From contig JASFBA010000017.1 in the NCBI GenBank assembly GCA_036172265.1, positions 8,431-72,430 on the forward strand: 64,000 bases of DNA, given 5' to 3'. This DNA comes from Chloroflexia bacterium. GTDB taxonomy: Bacteria; Chloroflexota; Chloroflexia; DTKN01. The notes below the pieces were generated by a model. The model saw only the letters and a program-made list of their open reading frames with translations, was not told the DNA's origin and made no database searches. Positions 63,595 to 64,000 of this stretch are shown piece by piece. The position numbers were made by a program, and so were the translations under genes. How positions within the stretch are numbered: the stretch's first letter is position 1; every line of letters starts with the position of its first letter.

Positions 63595-64000
63595 CCGAGG
63601 AAGTGTTCCGTCGCCTGGAACAGGCCCTCCCGGCCGGGGCCTTTCAGGAGGTGCAGGAGAACGGGGCGCGCGTCTTGGCTCCGGAGTTCCTCCTGGAGGC
63701 CGGCCGCTACCTCCGCGATGAGGAGGGGTTCGATTACCTTTCCAACTTGAGCGGTGTGGACTGGATCGAACGCGGCTACTTCGAGGTCGTCTACCACCTC
63801 TATGCCATGCGCCGGGGGGAGCGCCTGGTGCGTGGGGAGGCGTCGGGCGGCCCGCTGGGGCCTCTGGTGCTTAAGGTGCGGACTCCCCGCGAAGACCCCC
63901 GGGTGCCCTCGGTGACTTCGCTCTGGCCCGGGGCCCTCTGGCAGGAGCGCGAAACCTACGACATGCTGGGCATCCGCTTCGAGGGTCACCCGGACCTGCG
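63591..64000 (+). CDS. nuoC: NADH-quinone oxidoreductase subunit C (5' part, runs off the window)
   Basis: Own translation from ATG 63591 (the ATGA overlaps the nuoB stop): [58 protein letters not shown]. Confidence 0.85.
   Translation, partial: MTEEVFRRLEQALPAGAFQEVQENGARVLAPEFLLEAGRYLRDEEGFDYLSNLSGVDWIERGYFEVVYHLYAMRRGERLVRGEASGGPLGPLVLKVRTPREDPRVPSVTSLWPGALWQERETYDMLGIRFEGHPDL

Overview
GC-rich bacterial chromosomal window (composition judged by eye, not computed). It is densely packed with housekeeping and cell-envelope genes on both strands. Genes have Shine-Dalgarno leaders, several 4-nt ATGA/GTGA start-stop overlaps, and many near-consensus TTGACA-N17-TAnAAT promoters, often with a TGn extension. 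Pro/Thr-rich linkers in secreted proteins, the GerMN / LytR_C / LysM envelope proteins and the palindromic repeat families suggest a Chloroflexota-like lineage; this is inference only.

Recognised content, in window order:
- nfnA / nfnB-like oxidoreductase pair, hsp20, a methyltransferase + GT4 pair, recG-rsmD-coaD.
- A CIRCE-controlled hrcA-grpE-dnaK operon.
- tRNA-Asn, tRNA-Pro and tRNA-Arg.
- A CooC-like ATPase, an SDR epimerase and a GH36-like hydrolase.
- lgt followed by two large polytopic (GT-C-like) membrane proteins and a DedA protein.
- nnr, pdp, tpiA, a HIT protein + amidohydrolase pair, and AlaX followed by an Amt-like protein.
- A GT2, an MFS pump, thpR, folD, vapBC.
- A protease / LytR_C / LysM-deacetylase / gatD envelope cluster.
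- An Fe-ADH, dxs, and a tnaA-like / FAD / beta-propeller / tsaC operon.
- The start of the nuo operon (nuoA, nuoB, partial nuoC).

I saw no rRNA, CRISPR array, transposase, integrase or phage genes, and no recognisable defence island apart from vapBC and a decayed AbiEii-like toxin-antitoxin (TA) remnant. Overall this looks like core genome, not an accessory island.

Items most worth a second look:
- A single in-frame TAG splitting dnaK.
- A zinc-ribbon insertion inside FolD.
- Families of intergenic palindromes and an exactly repeated AT-rich 14-mer.
- An AT-rich 18-bp perfect inverted repeat in front of pdp.
- A degenerate Amt-like protein translationally coupled to AlaX.
- An extra membrane-protein gene wedged between nfnA and nfnB.
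- A 7x47-aa propeller fused to a polytopic membrane domain.

Gene starts are my own choices from SD spacing and homology and may differ from the ORF track. All family assignments are from reading the translations; no searches were run.
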